Source of the DNA: Planctomycetota bacterium | GTDB taxonomy: Bacteria > Planctomycetota > B15-G4 | Length of the DNA stretch: 64,000 bases | NCBI GenBank assembly: GCA_965248575.1 | Contig: CBDFJQ010000002.1 | Coordinates: forward strand, 2,912,001-2,976,000 | Direction: 5' to 3' | Shown: positions 19,239 to 30,424 of the stretch, in pieces | Layout of the letters: each line of letters begins with the position of its first letter | How positions within the stretch are numbered: position 1 is the first letter of the stretch | Translations under genes and position numbers: made by a program | Notes under the pieces: generated by a model | What the model was told of the DNA's origin: nothing | Databases searched by the model: none | Seen by the model: the letters and a program-made list of their open reading frames with translations, nothing else

Positions 19239-19268
19239 CCCCGCCCTGGGTGCAGGTCGTCGCAGGTC

Positions 19269-20729
19269 TCACGCGAACAGCTTCGAGCTGCGCTCCGCGA
19301 ACTGCAGCTTGGCGTCCCGATAGAACTGCGCCCGCTGGGGGTCTGGCTGGATGACATCCGGGTGGCACGCAACGAAGGCTGCGGCCACGTCGTGGGCTGC
19401 GACCCGTTCGCCCTGTGCTCGGCGCCATGTCCACAGGGCACACACGGCAGCCCCCAGGGCGCCCGACTCAGCTTCGACGAGCCGCTCCACCGGGACGTCG
19501 ACGGCATCGGCCAGGATGCTGCACCAGAGGGTGTTCGAGGCGCCCCCGCCCACGACCCGCAGCTGTTCGACGGGAACCCCCAGGGCTCGCAGCCGATCGA
19601 CCCCCAGCGCGAGGTTGAGGCTCGTGCCCTCCAGCGCCGCGCGGAACAGGTGGCCCGGGCGCAGCAGGCCGGGCCGCATGCCGAGCAGGGCCCCCGTAGC
19701 GTGGGGGAGATCCGGAACCCGCTCCCCCATCAGGTAGGGCAGGAACAGCAGACCCTCGCAACCGGCAGCCACTTCGCGAGCCGCCTCGGTCAACTCCGAC
19801 AAGCTGAGCAGAGGGAAGGCCGCGTGCACTTCCTCTGTCACCCCGGTCAGGTTCATGACGCACAGCAAGGGCAACCAACCACCCGTGGAGGCACAGAAGG
19901 GTGCGACGAGCCCCTCGGGGTCGACCACAGGCTCGGGCGACCAGGCGAAGACCGTGCCCGACGTCCCAAGGCTCGCCACCGCGACCCCCGGCTCACTGGC
20001 CCCGCTACCCAGCGCGCTCATCATGTTGTCGCCACCGCCTCCCGCCACCGGTATGCCCGCGGGCAGCCCGAAGCGTCTGGCGGCCTCCTCGCTGAGCAGA
20101 CCTGCGGGCTCACCCGGGTCAAGCAGAGCCGGGAGATACTCAGCGAGGCGCCCGTCGATGGCCTCCATGGCGGCCTCGTCGAAGCGACGCCGTTGCACAT
20201 CGAAGAAGCCCGTGCCCGACGCGTCGCCCGCCTCCATCGACATGCGCCCGGTGAACACGAAGTTCAGGTAGTCGTGGGGCAGCAGGACGTGGCGCACGCG
20301 GGCCCACGCTTCGGGTTCGTTCCTGCGCAGCCAGAGGATCTTGCTGGCGGTGAATCCCGTGGGCACGGACCGCCCCAGAACAGCCGACAGCTCAACAGCT
20401 TCCGCTGCGGTCGACGTGTCGCACCACAACTTGGCTGGCCGGACCACCTCGCCTTGCCCATCCAGGACCACAAGCCCGTGCTGTTGGCCGGAGACTCCGA
20501 CGCCCTGGATGCTCTCGGGCCTGATGTGTGGCTCGGCCATGAGCTGCTCGATGACACGAGCAACGGCATCCAACCACGTGTGGGGATGTTGCTCCGCGGC
20601 ACCGTGGGGCAAGCCTTCGAGCAAGCCGTAGCTGTGGGCAGCCCGGGACACGACCCGGCCCGTTGAGGCGTCGATGACGACCCCCTTCGTCCCTTGGGTC
20701 CCCACGTCGAGCCCAAGGAAGAGGCTCAT
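19269..20729 (-). CDS. xylB: Xylulokinase
   Basis: [44 protein letters not shown]. Overlaps the xylA stop. Confidence 0.93.
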   Translation of the reverse strand: MSLFLGLDVGTQGTKGVVIDASTGRVVSRAAHSYGLLEGLPHGAAEQHPHTWLDAVARVIEQLMAEPHIRPESIQGVGVSGQQHGLVVLDGQGEVVRPAKLWCDTSTAAEAVELSAVLGRSVPTGFTASKILWLRRNEPEAWARVRHVLLPHDYLNFVFTGRMSMEAGDASGTGFFDVQRRRFDEAAMEAIDGRLAEYLPALLDPGEPAGLLSEEAARRFGLPAGIPVAGGGGDNMMSALGSGASEPGVAVASLGTSGTVFAWSPEPVVDPEGLVAPFCASTGGWLPLLCVMNLTGVTEEVHAAFPLLSLSELTEAAREVAAGCEGLLFLPYLMGERVPDLPHATGALLGMRPGLLRPGHLFRAALEGTSLNLALGVDRLRALGVPVEQLRVVGGGASNTLWCSILADAVDVPVERLVEAESGALGAAVCALWTWRRAQGERVAAHDVAAAFVACHPDVIQPDPQRAQFYRDAKLQFAERSSKLFA

Positions 20730-21898
20730 CCGCGCGCACCCATCAGGTGCTCGATCATGAGTTGATCGAGACGCTCATAGCGCAATCCCCGGGCACCCAG
20801 GGCATCGGGGTCCAGGGTCAGCGCGCGCAGGGAGCTGCCCTTGGCTGTGGTGTAGTCGCTGAGCATCCCGTCCAAGGAGTCGTCCTGCTGTGCAGCGATG
20901 ATCTCCTGCACCTCGCTGTCGGCGTCAAAGGCAACCGCGCGTTCGACCAGCAGCTTGTAGGTCCGCATGCAGCCCCGTGCGAAATCCCAGACGCCGTCCA
21001 TGTCCTCGCTGCGATAGGCGTGCGCGTCGAAGTGCCGAGGGCCCTCATAGCGCTCGCCGCCCAAGGTGCCCTCCAGCAAGCGCACCAGGCAGAGGGCCTG
21101 CTTCAGGTCTTCGCTGCCGAAGCGCAGGTCCTGGTCATAACGACCAATCCGCTGCCCGTTGAGATCGATGTGGAACAGCTTGCCAGCCTCCATGGCCTGG
21201 GCGACGCCATGAACGAAGGAAAGGCCTGCCATGGTCTCGTGTGCCACCTCCGGGTTCACGCCGACCATCGCCTCGTGCTCCAGCGTGGAGATGAAGTGCA
21301 GCATGTGGCCGGTGGTGGGCAGGTAGTTGTCGCCCCGGGGCTCGTTCGGCTTGGCTTCGAGCGCAAAGCGCAGGTCGTAGCCCTGGTCCTTCACGTAGGC
21401 GCACAGGAAGTCGACGGCATCCCGCATGCGCTTCATGGCGTCCCTGGGGTCGCGGCAGGCGTCCGCCTCAGTGCCCTCACGCCCGCCCCAGAACACGTAG
21501 GTTGTGGCCCCCAACTCCACACCCAAATCGATGGCGTCCATGGTCTTGGCCAGGGCGAAGGCCCGCACCTTGGGGTCGTTCGCGGTGAAGGCCCCATCCT
21601 TGAAGACCGGGTGGCTGAACAAATTGGTGGTGGCCATCGGCACCACGAGGCCGCAGTCCGTCAGCGCCTGCTTGAAACTGGCCACGATCCGGTCCCGCTC
21701 CGCGGCAGAGGCCCCGAAGGGTACGAGGTCATTGTCGTGCAGGTTGACTCCCCAAGCACCGCAGGCGGCGAGCCCTCTCACCAGCTGCTCGGGGTTCTGG
21801 ACAGGGCGGACGGCCTCGCCGAAGGGATCGCGCCCTGGGTTCCCCACCGTCCAAAGGCCAAAACTGAAGCGGTCGGCGGCGGTCGGGGGTGAGGGCAT
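20726..21898 (-). CDS. xylA: Xylose isomerase (short class I type)
   Basis: [68 protein letters not shown]. Confidence 0.95.
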   Translation of the reverse strand: MPSPPTAADRFSFGLWTVGNPGRDPFGEAVRPVQNPEQLVRGLAACGAWGVNLHDNDLVPFGASAAERDRIVASFKQALTDCGLVVPMATTNLFSHPVFKDGAFTANDPKVRAFALAKTMDAIDLGVELGATTYVFWGGREGTEADACRDPRDAMKRMRDAVDFLCAYVKDQGYDLRFALEAKPNEPRGDNYLPTTGHMLHFISTLEHEAMVGVNPEVAHETMAGLSFVHGVAQAMEAGKLFHIDLNGQRIGRYDQDLRFGSEDLKQALCLVRLLEGTLGGERYEGPRHFDAHAYRSEDMDGVWDFARGCMRTYKLLVERAVAFDADSEVQEIIAAQQDDSLDGMLSDYTTAKGSSLRALTLDPDALGARGLRYERLDQLMIEHLMGARG

Positions 21899-22483
21899 GG
21901 AGGACTCCTGCGATCGAACCTATTAAGGGGTGCTCGGGGAGAATCCCCAATGCGACGCCAGGAAGTGTCGCGGATCCTCGCCCGGGGATCACCGTTGCGT
22001 TGGGCGGGATCCATGGCAGGGCCACCTCGAGCAGACCCCTCTGGCGGCAGGAGGCCGAAGTGTGGGATAGGCTTCCGTGGCTCAGAGGCACTTGCCTCCC
22101 CCCCCCCGGGCCAGATCGCCCCTGCGTGAAGGCGCCTCCCCCAGGCCTGACCGATGGGCCCCACGACGACTCCTGAACAGCCCTCAACCACCCTGTGACG
22201 GACCCATGAAGGCACACCTATGGTTCCCGAAGGCGCCTAAAACGGTCCCAAAAACCTGCTTTCCCTGCCAAAACCGGAGCCCTCGAAGCTTCTCGATGCA
22301 TACTTTACAGGTATTCACCCTCTGGTAGAGTGTCCCGGTCTTCATCCCGCTAGAGGGTAGCGCCCGAGTCCCAATGCTCGGTCTCTCCTCGCTCGCGTAG
22401 TTGGTCCCGATCTCGCCCGCTAGCTGGGTGACCTCGCATTCCTAATTGTTCATCTCCGTTCCCATCCCACTGATGGAAGTCCC

Positions 22484-24547
22484 ATGCGCATCCTGATCAG
22501 TCTTGCGGCACTGGCAACCATGGCGAGTCCCGCCATGGCCCAGCTCACCGACCTTCAGCCCGGCCGAAATTTCCCCACTGCAGGTGTTCAGTTCGGCTCC
22601 GGCCGTTCCGAGAACATCGACATCGGCGACATCGACAACGATGGTGACTTCGACGTGGGCGTGGCCAACGGCGGCGACGGTGCCGCACAGGGCAACGTCC
22701 TCTACCTGAACAACGGCAACCTGCAGGGTGGCACGGAAGGCACGTTCTCCAACGTGACCGCTGCTCGTTGGGCCGGTGTTCCAAACGACACCAGTCGCGA
22801 CCTCGAGTTCGCCGACTTTGACCAGGACTGCGACCTGGACGTCTACATCTCCAACCGTGGCTCCACCGTCAACAACGGTGAGGTCAGCCGCGCCTACATC
22901 AACCAGGGCGCCAAGCAGGGCGGCGGCGTGGGCGTCTTCTCCGAAGGCACCAACAACTTCTGGGGCAACCTCATCTCCGTGCCTCTCAACGAAGAGGTCG
23001 GTACGCAGGATGGTCAGGGCTCTTGGAAGGATTTCTCCTGTGACTGCGACTTCGCTGACATCGACAACGATGGCGACCTCGACCTGTTCCACAGCTCCTA
23101 CGGCCCGAACATCAACGGCACGCGCGACAGCCGCATCTTCCTGAACGACGGCGAAGGCCAGTTCAACGAGATGTGGCCGTGGATGCAGGCCGGTGGTGAC
23201 ATCCGGACTCACACCCTCGACATCGACCTCGCTGACTTCGATGGCGACTACGACCTCGACGTCTTCTGCTCGAGCCGTGACAGCCAGGCCCGCGTGTGGC
23301 GTAGCAACCTTGACGGCGATGCCAGCTTCCCGGCCAACGCCTTCACGGACATCACGCAGGCTGCTCTGCTCAACCAGGGTGCAACCCTGAGCGGCACGAG
23401 CAACTACGAGGCTGAGTTCGCGGACGTGGACGGTGATGGTGACTTCGACGTGTGGGCCAAGAACTACAACGGCTTCACGGACCGGATCCTCATCAACAAC
23501 GGCTCCATGGCCTTCACCCAGAACAACTCGCTCATCTCGGGTGACCCGAACGTGGACGAGAACGAAGTCGACTTCCTCGACTACGACGGTGATGGCGACC
23601 TCGACACCTTCCTGGCCAACTTCTCCGGTACGAACGCTGTGTACCAGAGTCGTCTGTCCGACGGTGGTGCCGGTGCGCTGTACACCCGTACGGGTACGGG
23701 CGGCGCAGCCAACGAGGTTCCTGCCTCCGGCAACGGTTCGACCACCCTGGACGGTGAAGCTGCCGACATGGATGGCGATGGCGACATGGATCTCCTGCTC
23801 GCCAACGACAACAACGCCGTGAACCGCCTGTGGGTCAACGCCCTCGGTGTTCCGGACAGCCATGCTCCGACCTTCGAGCGGTTCACCCAGCAGGGGAACA
23901 AGTCGAACGGCACGGACACGGTCATCTTTGCCCAGGTGCGCGACAACAACAACTACTACAACATCGACTACTACAAGGCGAACCTGTTCTACAGCGTCAA
24001 CGGTGGTGATGAAGCGTGTGTTTCGATGTTCGCTCAGCGTGGCCAGCAGTTCCGCGGTGTGATCCCGGGTGCCGTCAACGGCTCGGTTGCCTACCGGGTT
24101 GAGTGCACGGATGACGCCGGCAACACCGGTGTGTCCTCCACCGTGGTCTACGGCCAGTCCTCCACCAGCTCGTCGCTGTGGGAGAACCTGGGTTGCGGCA
24201 CCAAGGGCTTCAACGGTCGGACGCCTAACCTGCAGCTCGTCGGTACGCAGGCTGCTGGCTCCCCCGTCACGCTGAAGCTCAACGATGCCCGCAACAACAA
24301 GCTCGCGCTTGTGTGGCTCTCCTTGAGTTCTGCTCCGTTCAACGCGATTGGCGGCACCATCTACGCCTTCCCGTTCAACTCGCAGACGCTGATCGTCACG
24401 GATGATGCTGGCACGTTCTACGCCAGCACCACCTGGCCGGCGGGTCTCCCGATGGGCACGAACCACTACTGGCAGGCGCTGGTGGACGACGACGCGTCCA
24501 TCCACAACCTGACCATGTCCAACGCCGTGCACGGCGAGACGCCGTAG
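22484..24547 (+). CDS. Secreted FG-GAP/VCBS-repeat (Ca-binding beta-propeller) protein
   Basis: Signal peptide (..SPAMA|Q); seven DxDxDGDxD-like motifs (DIDNDGDFD, DFDQDCDLD, DIDNDGDLD, DFDGDYDLD, DVDGDGDFD, DYDGDGDLD, DMDGDGDMD); C-terminal beta domains. Confidence 0.88.
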   Translation: MRILISLAALATMASPAMAQLTDLQPGRNFPTAGVQFGSGRSENIDIGDIDNDGDFDVGVANGGDGAAQGNVLYLNNGNLQGGTEGTFSNVTAARWAGVPNDTSRDLEFADFDQDCDLDVYISNRGSTVNNGEVSRAYINQGAKQGGGVGVFSEGTNNFWGNLISVPLNEEVGTQDGQGSWKDFSCDCDFADIDNDGDLDLFHSSYGPNINGTRDSRIFLNDGEGQFNEMWPWMQAGGDIRTHTLDIDLADFDGDYDLDVFCSSRDSQARVWRSNLDGDASFPANAFTDITQAALLNQGATLSGTSNYEAEFADVDGDGDFDVWAKNYNGFTDRILINNGSMAFTQNNSLISGDPNVDENEVDFLDYDGDGDLDTFLANFSGTNAVYQSRLSDGGAGALYTRTGTGGAANEVPASGNGSTTLDGEAADMDGDGDMDLLLANDNNAVNRLWVNALGVPDSHAPTFERFTQQGNKSNGTDTVIFAQVRDNNNYYNIDYYKANLFYSVNGGDEACVSMFAQRGQQFRGVIPGAVNGSVAYRVECTDDAGNTGVSSTVVYGQSSTSSSLWENLGCGTKGFNGRTPNLQLVGTQAAGSPVTLKLNDARNNKLALVWLSLSSAPFNAIGGTIYAFPFNSQTLIVTDDAGTFYASTTWPAGLPMGTNHYWQALVDDDASIHNLTMSNAVHGETP

Positions 24548-24576
24548 TCAGCAGCATCGGCTGATGTCTGGCCGAG

Positions 24577-24611
24577 AGAGGCCCCCGGATCCTCAGGATC
24601 CGGGGGCCTCT
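24577..24611 (+). terminator. Perfect 16-bp stem hairpin after the FG-GAP gene
   Basis: AGAGGCCCCCGGATCC-TCA-GGATCCGGGGGCCTCT. Weak U-tract. Confidence 0.7.
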
Positions 24612-24754
24612 TGCAATTCCGGCGAAACTCGACCCGATCGCGGCCTGCGGGTAGGGTTGCGGCCCTTCGCGGGCAATCCTCGGCCCCCGCACGCAGGGAG
24701 TTCCCGAGCCGTCGTTTGAACCATGAGTCTAGATTCGTGATCCAGGGGCCCTTC

Positions 24755-26350
24755 ATGCACGCACTCGCCCGCCGCAGCCAACTCGCTGCCGTCGCCCTGT
24801 CCCTTGCTTTGACCATGGGCTTGATCGTCGGGCCTGCCGCTTCAGTCACTCTCGCCTCGCCAGTTCCTGCGCTGATGCATGCCCGTGCCGACGAGGACGA
24901 GGACGCAGCGAGCAAGGCCGAAGACGAGGACACCAACTGGCTCGACAGCCTGAAGCGCAGCAAGAACAGCTTGATGCTGGATGCCGGTGAGCTCGCCTAC
25001 ACCACCACCGCTGGCACCCTGACCCTGGAGCGGGAGGACGGCACGGACCGCGCCGACATCTTCTTCGTGGCCTACACCAAGGACGGCGAAGACGACTCCA
25101 GCGGCCGCCCCATCACCTTTTGCTTCAACGGCGGCCCGGGCTCGTCTTCCGTGTGGCTGCACCTGGGCGCCTTTGGACCGCGTCGCGTGCGTCTGCCGAG
25201 CGATGCATCCATTCCGGCACCGCCGCCCTACGACATCCAGGACAACCCGCACACGCTGCTCGACCTGACGGATCTCGTCTTCATCGACCCTGTCACCACG
25301 GGCTACAGCCGCGCCGCCGAGGGAGAGGACCACAAGCAGTTCCACGGTGTCAGCGAAGACATCGCCTCGGTGGCCGATTTCATCCAGCTCTACACGACGC
25401 GTTTCCAACGTTGGAACAGCCCCAAGTTCCTCTCGGGCGAGAGCTACGGCACCACGCGTGCGGCTGGCCTGGCGGGCCGTCTGCAGGGGCGCCACGGCAT
25501 GTTCCTCAACGGCATCGTGCTCGTGTCATCCATCCTGGACTTCAGCACCGCACGCTTCGACGCGGGTAACGACCTGCCCTACCCCCTGTTCCTGCCGACC
25601 TACACGGCGACAGCCTGGTACCACGGGCGCCTGGCACCGGACCTCCAGGACTCCCAGCTCCGGGACGTCCTAGAGGAAGTGGAGAAGTTCGCGCTGAACG
25701 AATACACGCTCGCACTCGCCAAGGGTGCGCGCCTCTCGGAGACGGAGGCCGATGGCATCGCGGTTCGCCTCGCCCGCTATCTCGGCGTCAGCGAGCTGTA
25801 CATCAAGCAGACGAACCTGCGGCCCGTGATCCACGAGTTCGTGAAGGAGCTCACTCGTGACGAGCGGGAGACCGTCGGCCGTCTCGACTCTCGCTACCGG
25901 GGACGGGACCGGGATGCCTATGGCGGCACGAATGACTACGACCCGAGCTACGCAGCCATCCAAGGGCCGTTCACCGCCGCCATGAACCACTATGTTCGCA
26001 GCGAGCTGGGGTACGAAAACGACCTGCCCTACGAGATCCTCACCGGACGCGTGCATCCCTGGAACTACGGTCCTGAAGATGGCTACGTGAACACGGGCCG
26101 AACCTTGCGTTCCGCCATGACCCAGAACCCGCACCTGAAGGTGTTCGTCGCCAACGGCTACTACGACCTCGCGACGCCCTATTTCGCCACGGAATACACC
26201 TTCGACCACCTCGGGCTCGAGCCGGCACTGCAGGGAAATGTGTCCATGGCGTACTACGAGGCGGGGCACATGATGTACATCCACGAGCCCTCAGCCGAGG
26301 CGCTCAAGGCCGACATCGCACGCTTCTATGCAACTGCTCTCAAACGCTAG
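24755..26350 (+). CDS. Serine carboxypeptidase, peptidase S10
   Basis: FNGGPGSSS, DLVFIDPVTTGYS, GESYG nucleophile, YYDLATP, AGHMMY. Confidence 0.92.
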   Translation: MHALARRSQLAAVALSLALTMGLIVGPAASVTLASPVPALMHARADEDEDAASKAEDEDTNWLDSLKRSKNSLMLDAGELAYTTTAGTLTLEREDGTDRADIFFVAYTKDGEDDSSGRPITFCFNGGPGSSSVWLHLGAFGPRRVRLPSDASIPAPPPYDIQDNPHTLLDLTDLVFIDPVTTGYSRAAEGEDHKQFHGVSEDIASVADFIQLYTTRFQRWNSPKFLSGESYGTTRAAGLAGRLQGRHGMFLNGIVLVSSILDFSTARFDAGNDLPYPLFLPTYTATAWYHGRLAPDLQDSQLRDVLEEVEKFALNEYTLALAKGARLSETEADGIAVRLARYLGVSELYIKQTNLRPVIHEFVKELTRDERETVGRLDSRYRGRDRDAYGGTNDYDPSYAAIQGPFTAAMNHYVRSELGYENDLPYEILTGRVHPWNYGPEDGYVNTGRTLRSAMTQNPHLKVFVANGYYDLATPYFATEYTFDHLGLEPALQGNVSMAYYEAGHMMYIHEPSAEALKADIARFYATALKR

Positions 26351-27758
26351 AGCCACCGCGATCCTGCGGACCTGCCTGCTCGTGGGGGTCGCCCTGCGAC
26401 TGGCACTCTTTGCGGTCAACCCGCCGACCAACGCGTTCGACGACCACTACCGCCCCATCACGCTCTACATGGAGTCGGGGCAGGTGCCAGCCAAGGACGC
26501 GTGTTGGGAGTGCTACCACCCGCCGGCCTTCTACGTGTCCTCAGCCTGGGTGGCCCAGGCGGCGCAGGCCGTTGGGGCCAGCCCGTTGCAGGTCCAAAAG
26601 GTCGCGCACTTCCTGCCCTGCCTCTATGGCCTGCTGACGCTCTTGGTGATGCGGGCGTTGTTGCTGCGCCTCGGCCTGCCCAACCTCGCCGTGTGCGTGG
26701 CCTTCGCCACCCTTTGCTTCCTGCCCCGCCACATCTACATGTCGGCCATTCATTCCAACGACACCATCGCGTACCTGGGTGTCAGCGCGAGCGCATGGCT
26801 CATCGTGCGTGCCCTCGATACCGGTTGCCGTGTGCGTGACATCGCGGCCCTGGCCCTCGTCATGGGACTGACGGTCATCACCAAGTACACCTCGATGGTC
26901 GTGCTGCCCATGGCTGCTGCATCCATGGGGGCCGCGTGGTGGCTGCGGGCCAGCTGCTCGCGCACGAGGGTCGCATGGAGCCTGGCGGCAGCATGCGCGC
27001 CCGCCCTGGTGGTCCTGGCGCTCTTCGCGGCGCCCAACGTTCGCGACTACGGCAAGGCCTTCCCCAGCAATCTGGAGCTCTTCCACCAGGACTACCTGGA
27101 TTCGGAACGCGGCGTGCGGGATGTGGACTTCCTCGGCCTGGAGCCCTGGGAGGCCATCGCCACGCCCATCCTCGCCCCCAACAACCGCGACTCCATGTGG
27201 ACCATCCTCTGGGCCCGGGCGTGGTTCGACATGGAGCCCCGCTTCCTCCAGTACACCGACCCCGCATCCGAGGAATGGTGGGACGCCTACCGCCGCTACC
27301 TGGGCGGGGCCGAGGACGACGCCTGGCCTGGTACTGCTGCCCTCAGCACCTGGACCCGCTTCATGGGTTCCTCGCTCATCGCGCTGGGGCTGGTTCCAGG
27401 GGTGCTGCTGCTGCTCGGTCTCGCACGCTGCGTCTTCGGCAAGTGGAGTCTCTTCCGCGAGGGAGTTCCAATCGAAACCGCGCGGCTGCAGATGATGCCG
27501 GTGCTCGTGGCCGGCGTCATGGCTGGCATCGTGCTCACCACCTGGAAGTTCCCCTACACCTTCGCCTTGAAGACCGTCTACATCCTCAACGGGCTGCCAG
27601 CCTTCATCGTGCTCGTCGGCCTCGGGGCCGCGCTCGTGAGCACGCGGCCCTCCCACTGGGCCAGGCGCACGGTGGTCGTCAGCACGGCCTTGCTGTGCGC
27701 GTTCTGTACGGTGCACATCGTGCACATCGTGGTCACCATGTCGGAAACTGGGTCATGA
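26328..27758 (+). CDS. GT-C fold membrane glycosyltransferase (ArnT/PMT, GT39/83-like)
   Basis: First loop AFDDH, YHPPAFY, HSND, TKYT; many TM segments. Confidence 0.7.
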   Translation: MQLLSNARATAILRTCLLVGVALRLALFAVNPPTNAFDDHYRPITLYMESGQVPAKDACWECYHPPAFYVSSAWVAQAAQAVGASPLQVQKVAHFLPCLYGLLTLLVMRALLLRLGLPNLAVCVAFATLCFLPRHIYMSAIHSNDTIAYLGVSASAWLIVRALDTGCRVRDIAALALVMGLTVITKYTSMVVLPMAAASMGAAWWLRASCSRTRVAWSLAAACAPALVVLALFAAPNVRDYGKAFPSNLELFHQDYLDSERGVRDVDFLGLEPWEAIATPILAPNNRDSMWTILWARAWFDMEPRFLQYTDPASEEWWDAYRRYLGGAEDDAWPGTAALSTWTRFMGSSLIALGLVPGVLLLLGLARCVFGKWSLFREGVPIETARLQMMPVLVAGVMAGIVLTTWKFPYTFALKTVYILNGLPAFIVLVGLGAALVSTRPSHWARRTVVVSTALLCAFCTVHIVHIVVTMSETGS

Positions 27759-28507
27759 GCCGCCGCAGCTTCCCTCTTCGGAAGGCATGGCCGCACCCGG
27801 CACACTGGCTGGCGATAGGCCTGCTCGCGCTCTCCGCCTGCGGCACCACCCACGAGGGAGCTACCCAGCAGCCCCACGAGTTCGACGATCAAGGCATCCA
27901 TGTCATCACCCATGGCGCTGGAAACTGCTCTGCCTGCCTGATGTACCGCAACGTAGCCGGCTATGTGGTGCGACTCGAAACGGTCAGCGGTCTCGAGGCG
28001 GGCGTGGCCCTCACGTCCGACGGGATCATCGCCACCAACGCCCATGTGGTGTCGCGTGCGACCTCGGTGGAAGTGCTGTCGTTCGAGGGAGATGCCTGGG
28101 TGGGAACGGTAGTCACAGCAGATCCCATCCAGGACCTGGCCCTCGTGGCGCTGCCGGAAACTGGCAGAACGTGGGCGCCGCCCGCCCTGCACGATGGACC
28201 GCCTCCGCCGCTGGGCACGGAGATCTACGTCATCGGCCGACCCGTTGGCCTGGGCTGGTGCGTCACCCGCGGCACGATCACCGGTGTGCGCCGCATCGAC
28301 GGCGTCAGCATGATCGAAACGGACGCGGTGCTGCTTCCGGGCAACTCTGGCGGAGCCATGGTGGATGCGAGCGGACGCCTGATCGGCATCGTCTCCTCCA
28401 AGACCCACCGAACGGAAGGCAGCAGCGGGAACACGACGCTCGCACGGCCTACCGCGAGCCTGCGGGCCTTCCTGGAAGCGTACACCGCGGGGATGAGCCC
28501 TCGCTGA
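27755..28507 (+). CDS. Trypsin-like serine protease (S1C-like, no PDZ), lipoprotein
   Basis: LSAC lipobox, TNAHVV (His), DLALV (Asp), PGNSGG (Ser). ATGA overlap with the upstream gene. Confidence 0.85.
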   Translation: MSRRSFPLRKAWPHPAHWLAIGLLALSACGTTHEGATQQPHEFDDQGIHVITHGAGNCSACLMYRNVAGYVVRLETVSGLEAGVALTSDGIIATNAHVVSRATSVEVLSFEGDAWVGTVVTADPIQDLALVALPETGRTWAPPALHDGPPPPLGTEIYVIGRPVGLGWCVTRGTITGVRRIDGVSMIETDAVLLPGNSGGAMVDASGRLIGIVSSKTHRTEGSSGNTTLARPTASLRAFLEAYTAGMSPR

Positions 28508-28535
28508 AACCGCCGAGCTCTTCCCCCACAGGCTG

Positions 28536-30209
28536 CTAGAACAACCCAGAGATCTTCCCGTCGGCGTCGACGTCGATGGCCTCCGCCGAGGGCACCCGCG
28601 GCAAGCCGGGCATGGTCATGATGCTGCCCGTGAGAACGAGCACGAAGCCGGCGCCTGCGCGCAACTCAACCGCCCGCAGGGGCACATCGAAGTCCCTCGG
28701 CCGGCCCTTGAGCGCGGGGTCCGTCGAGAAGGAGTACTGGGTCTTCGCCATGCAGATGGGGAGATCCCCATAGCCATCCTTCTCCAGCTTCTTGAGCTGA
28801 TTACGCAGCTTGGTGTCGGCCAGGATGTCGTTGGCGTGGTAGATCTCCCGCGCGATGGTGCGCACCTTCTGGAACAAGCTGTCGTGGTCGGAGTAGAGCG
28901 GGTGGAACTCCGCCGTCCCGCCTTCCACCGCCTCGACCACGGCTTCCGCCAGTTGGGTCGCCCCGACACCACCCCGTGCCCAGTGGTCTGAACGCACCAC
29001 GGGCGAGCCAATGCGTTCTGCGGCGGCCAGCACCACAGCGACTTCAGCCTCGGTGTCGCCGGAGAACTCGTTCACGCAGACCACGACAGGCACGCCGAAG
29101 CGACGCAAGTTGTGGACATGCTGTTCGAGGTGTGGGATCCCGCGCTCGACAGCACCCACATCTTCCGCGGCCAGGTCCTCCAAGGCAGCGCCACCCTGGA
29201 GTTTCAGCGCACGGATCGTGGCCACGATCACCGTGGCCGAGGGGCTCAAGCCCGCGGAACGGCACTTGATGTCGAAGAACTTCTCGGCGCCGAGGTCCGC
29301 ACCAAAACCCGCCTCGGTGATGGTGTAGTCGGCGAGTCGCAATCCGAGCTGCGTTGCCATGACGCTGTTGCAGCCGTGGGCGATGTTCGCGAACGGACCA
29401 CCGTGCACGAAGGCCGGGTTGTTCTCGAGCGTCTGCACCAGGTTCGGTGCCAGAGCGTCGCGCAGGAGGGCCGTCATGGCGCCCTGCACGTTGATCTCAC
29501 TGGCCGCGACCGGTGCCCGGTCGTAGGTGCTGCCGACAATCACCTTGCCCAGCCGCTCACGCAGGTCTTCGAGCGACCGCGACAGGCAGAAGATGGCCAT
29601 GACCTCCGAGGACGCCGTGATGGCGAAGCCCGTCTCCCTGGGCATCGCATTGGCCACGCCGCCCAGGCCCACCACGATGTCGCGCAACGCGCGGTCGTTG
29701 AGGTCGAGCACGCGGTTCCAGGTGATGCGCCGAGGGTCGAGACCCAGGCGGTTCTTCTGATGCAGGTGGTTGTCGATCGCGGCCGACAGCAGGTTGTGCG
29801 CCGACGTGATGGCGTGGAAGTCGCCCGTGAAATGGAGGTTGATGTCCTCCATGGGCACGATCTGCGAATAGCCGCCCCCGGCCGCGCCACCCTTCATGCC
29901 GAAGCACGGCCCCAAGGAAGGTTCCCTCAGGCAGACCACCGTCTTCTTTCCGATTCGGTTGAGTGCGTCGCCCAGGCCGACCGTCGTGGTGGTCTTGCCC
30001 TCGCCCGCAGGCGTGGGCGAGATGGCGGTGACCAACACGAGCTTGCCCGCAGGCTTGTCCATCATGCGTTTGCAGAGGTCCAGGCTCACCTTCGCCTTCG
30101 TGTGCCCATAGGGCACCAGGTCCTCAGAGCCGATCCCCAGGCGCTTGGCAACCTCGCCAATCGGCTGCATCTTCGCCTCGCGAGCAATGTCCAGGTCGAT
30201 GGAACCCAT
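28536..30209 (-). CDS. fhs: Formate--tetrahydrofolate ligase
   Basis: [61 protein letters not shown]. Confidence 0.97.
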   Translation of the reverse strand: MGSIDLDIAREAKMQPIGEVAKRLGIGSEDLVPYGHTKAKVSLDLCKRMMDKPAGKLVLVTAISPTPAGEGKTTTTVGLGDALNRIGKKTVVCLREPSLGPCFGMKGGAAGGGYSQIVPMEDINLHFTGDFHAITSAHNLLSAAIDNHLHQKNRLGLDPRRITWNRVLDLNDRALRDIVVGLGGVANAMPRETGFAITASSEVMAIFCLSRSLEDLRERLGKVIVGSTYDRAPVAASEINVQGAMTALLRDALAPNLVQTLENNPAFVHGGPFANIAHGCNSVMATQLGLRLADYTITEAGFGADLGAEKFFDIKCRSAGLSPSATVIVATIRALKLQGGAALEDLAAEDVGAVERGIPHLEQHVHNLRRFGVPVVVCVNEFSGDTEAEVAVVLAAAERIGSPVVRSDHWARGGVGATQLAEAVVEAVEGGTAEFHPLYSDHDSLFQKVRTIAREIYHANDILADTKLRNQLKKLEKDGYGDLPICMAKTQYSFSTDPALKGRPRDFDVPLRAVELRAGAGFVLVLTGSIMTMPGLPRVPSAEAIDVDADGKISGLF

Positions 30210-30424
30210 AGAAGACGATCCGCAGGGGGGGGTGGTGATCCGTGGGCCGCGCCGAACCGGCTCCTGCCACAGGCCCCGGCAGGATAGCAGGCGAGCCCCG
30301 CCAACCGGCTGCGTAGGATGGGACGCCGCCGACCCTTCGCTGGCACGATGACCCTGCAGCGCGCGGCATGGCTTCGTCGCGGCATCGCTCCGCCCGAACC
30401 CGTGCGTCCCCCTCGAGAGTTCGC

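Noticed and set aside
22442..24532. Long antisense ORFs (e.g. 22442-24532, 937-2193, 29112-30287, 43170-44450)
   Set aside because: Shadow frames of real genes caused by high GC3. They have no motifs.
30210..30420. ZTP or THF riboswitch upstream of fhs
   Set aside because: Conserved ZTP segments (e.g. GACUGGC and the GCCUGGG pseudoknot) were not recognisable on the minus strand. Only a TATCCT -10-like box and a C8 run were seen.
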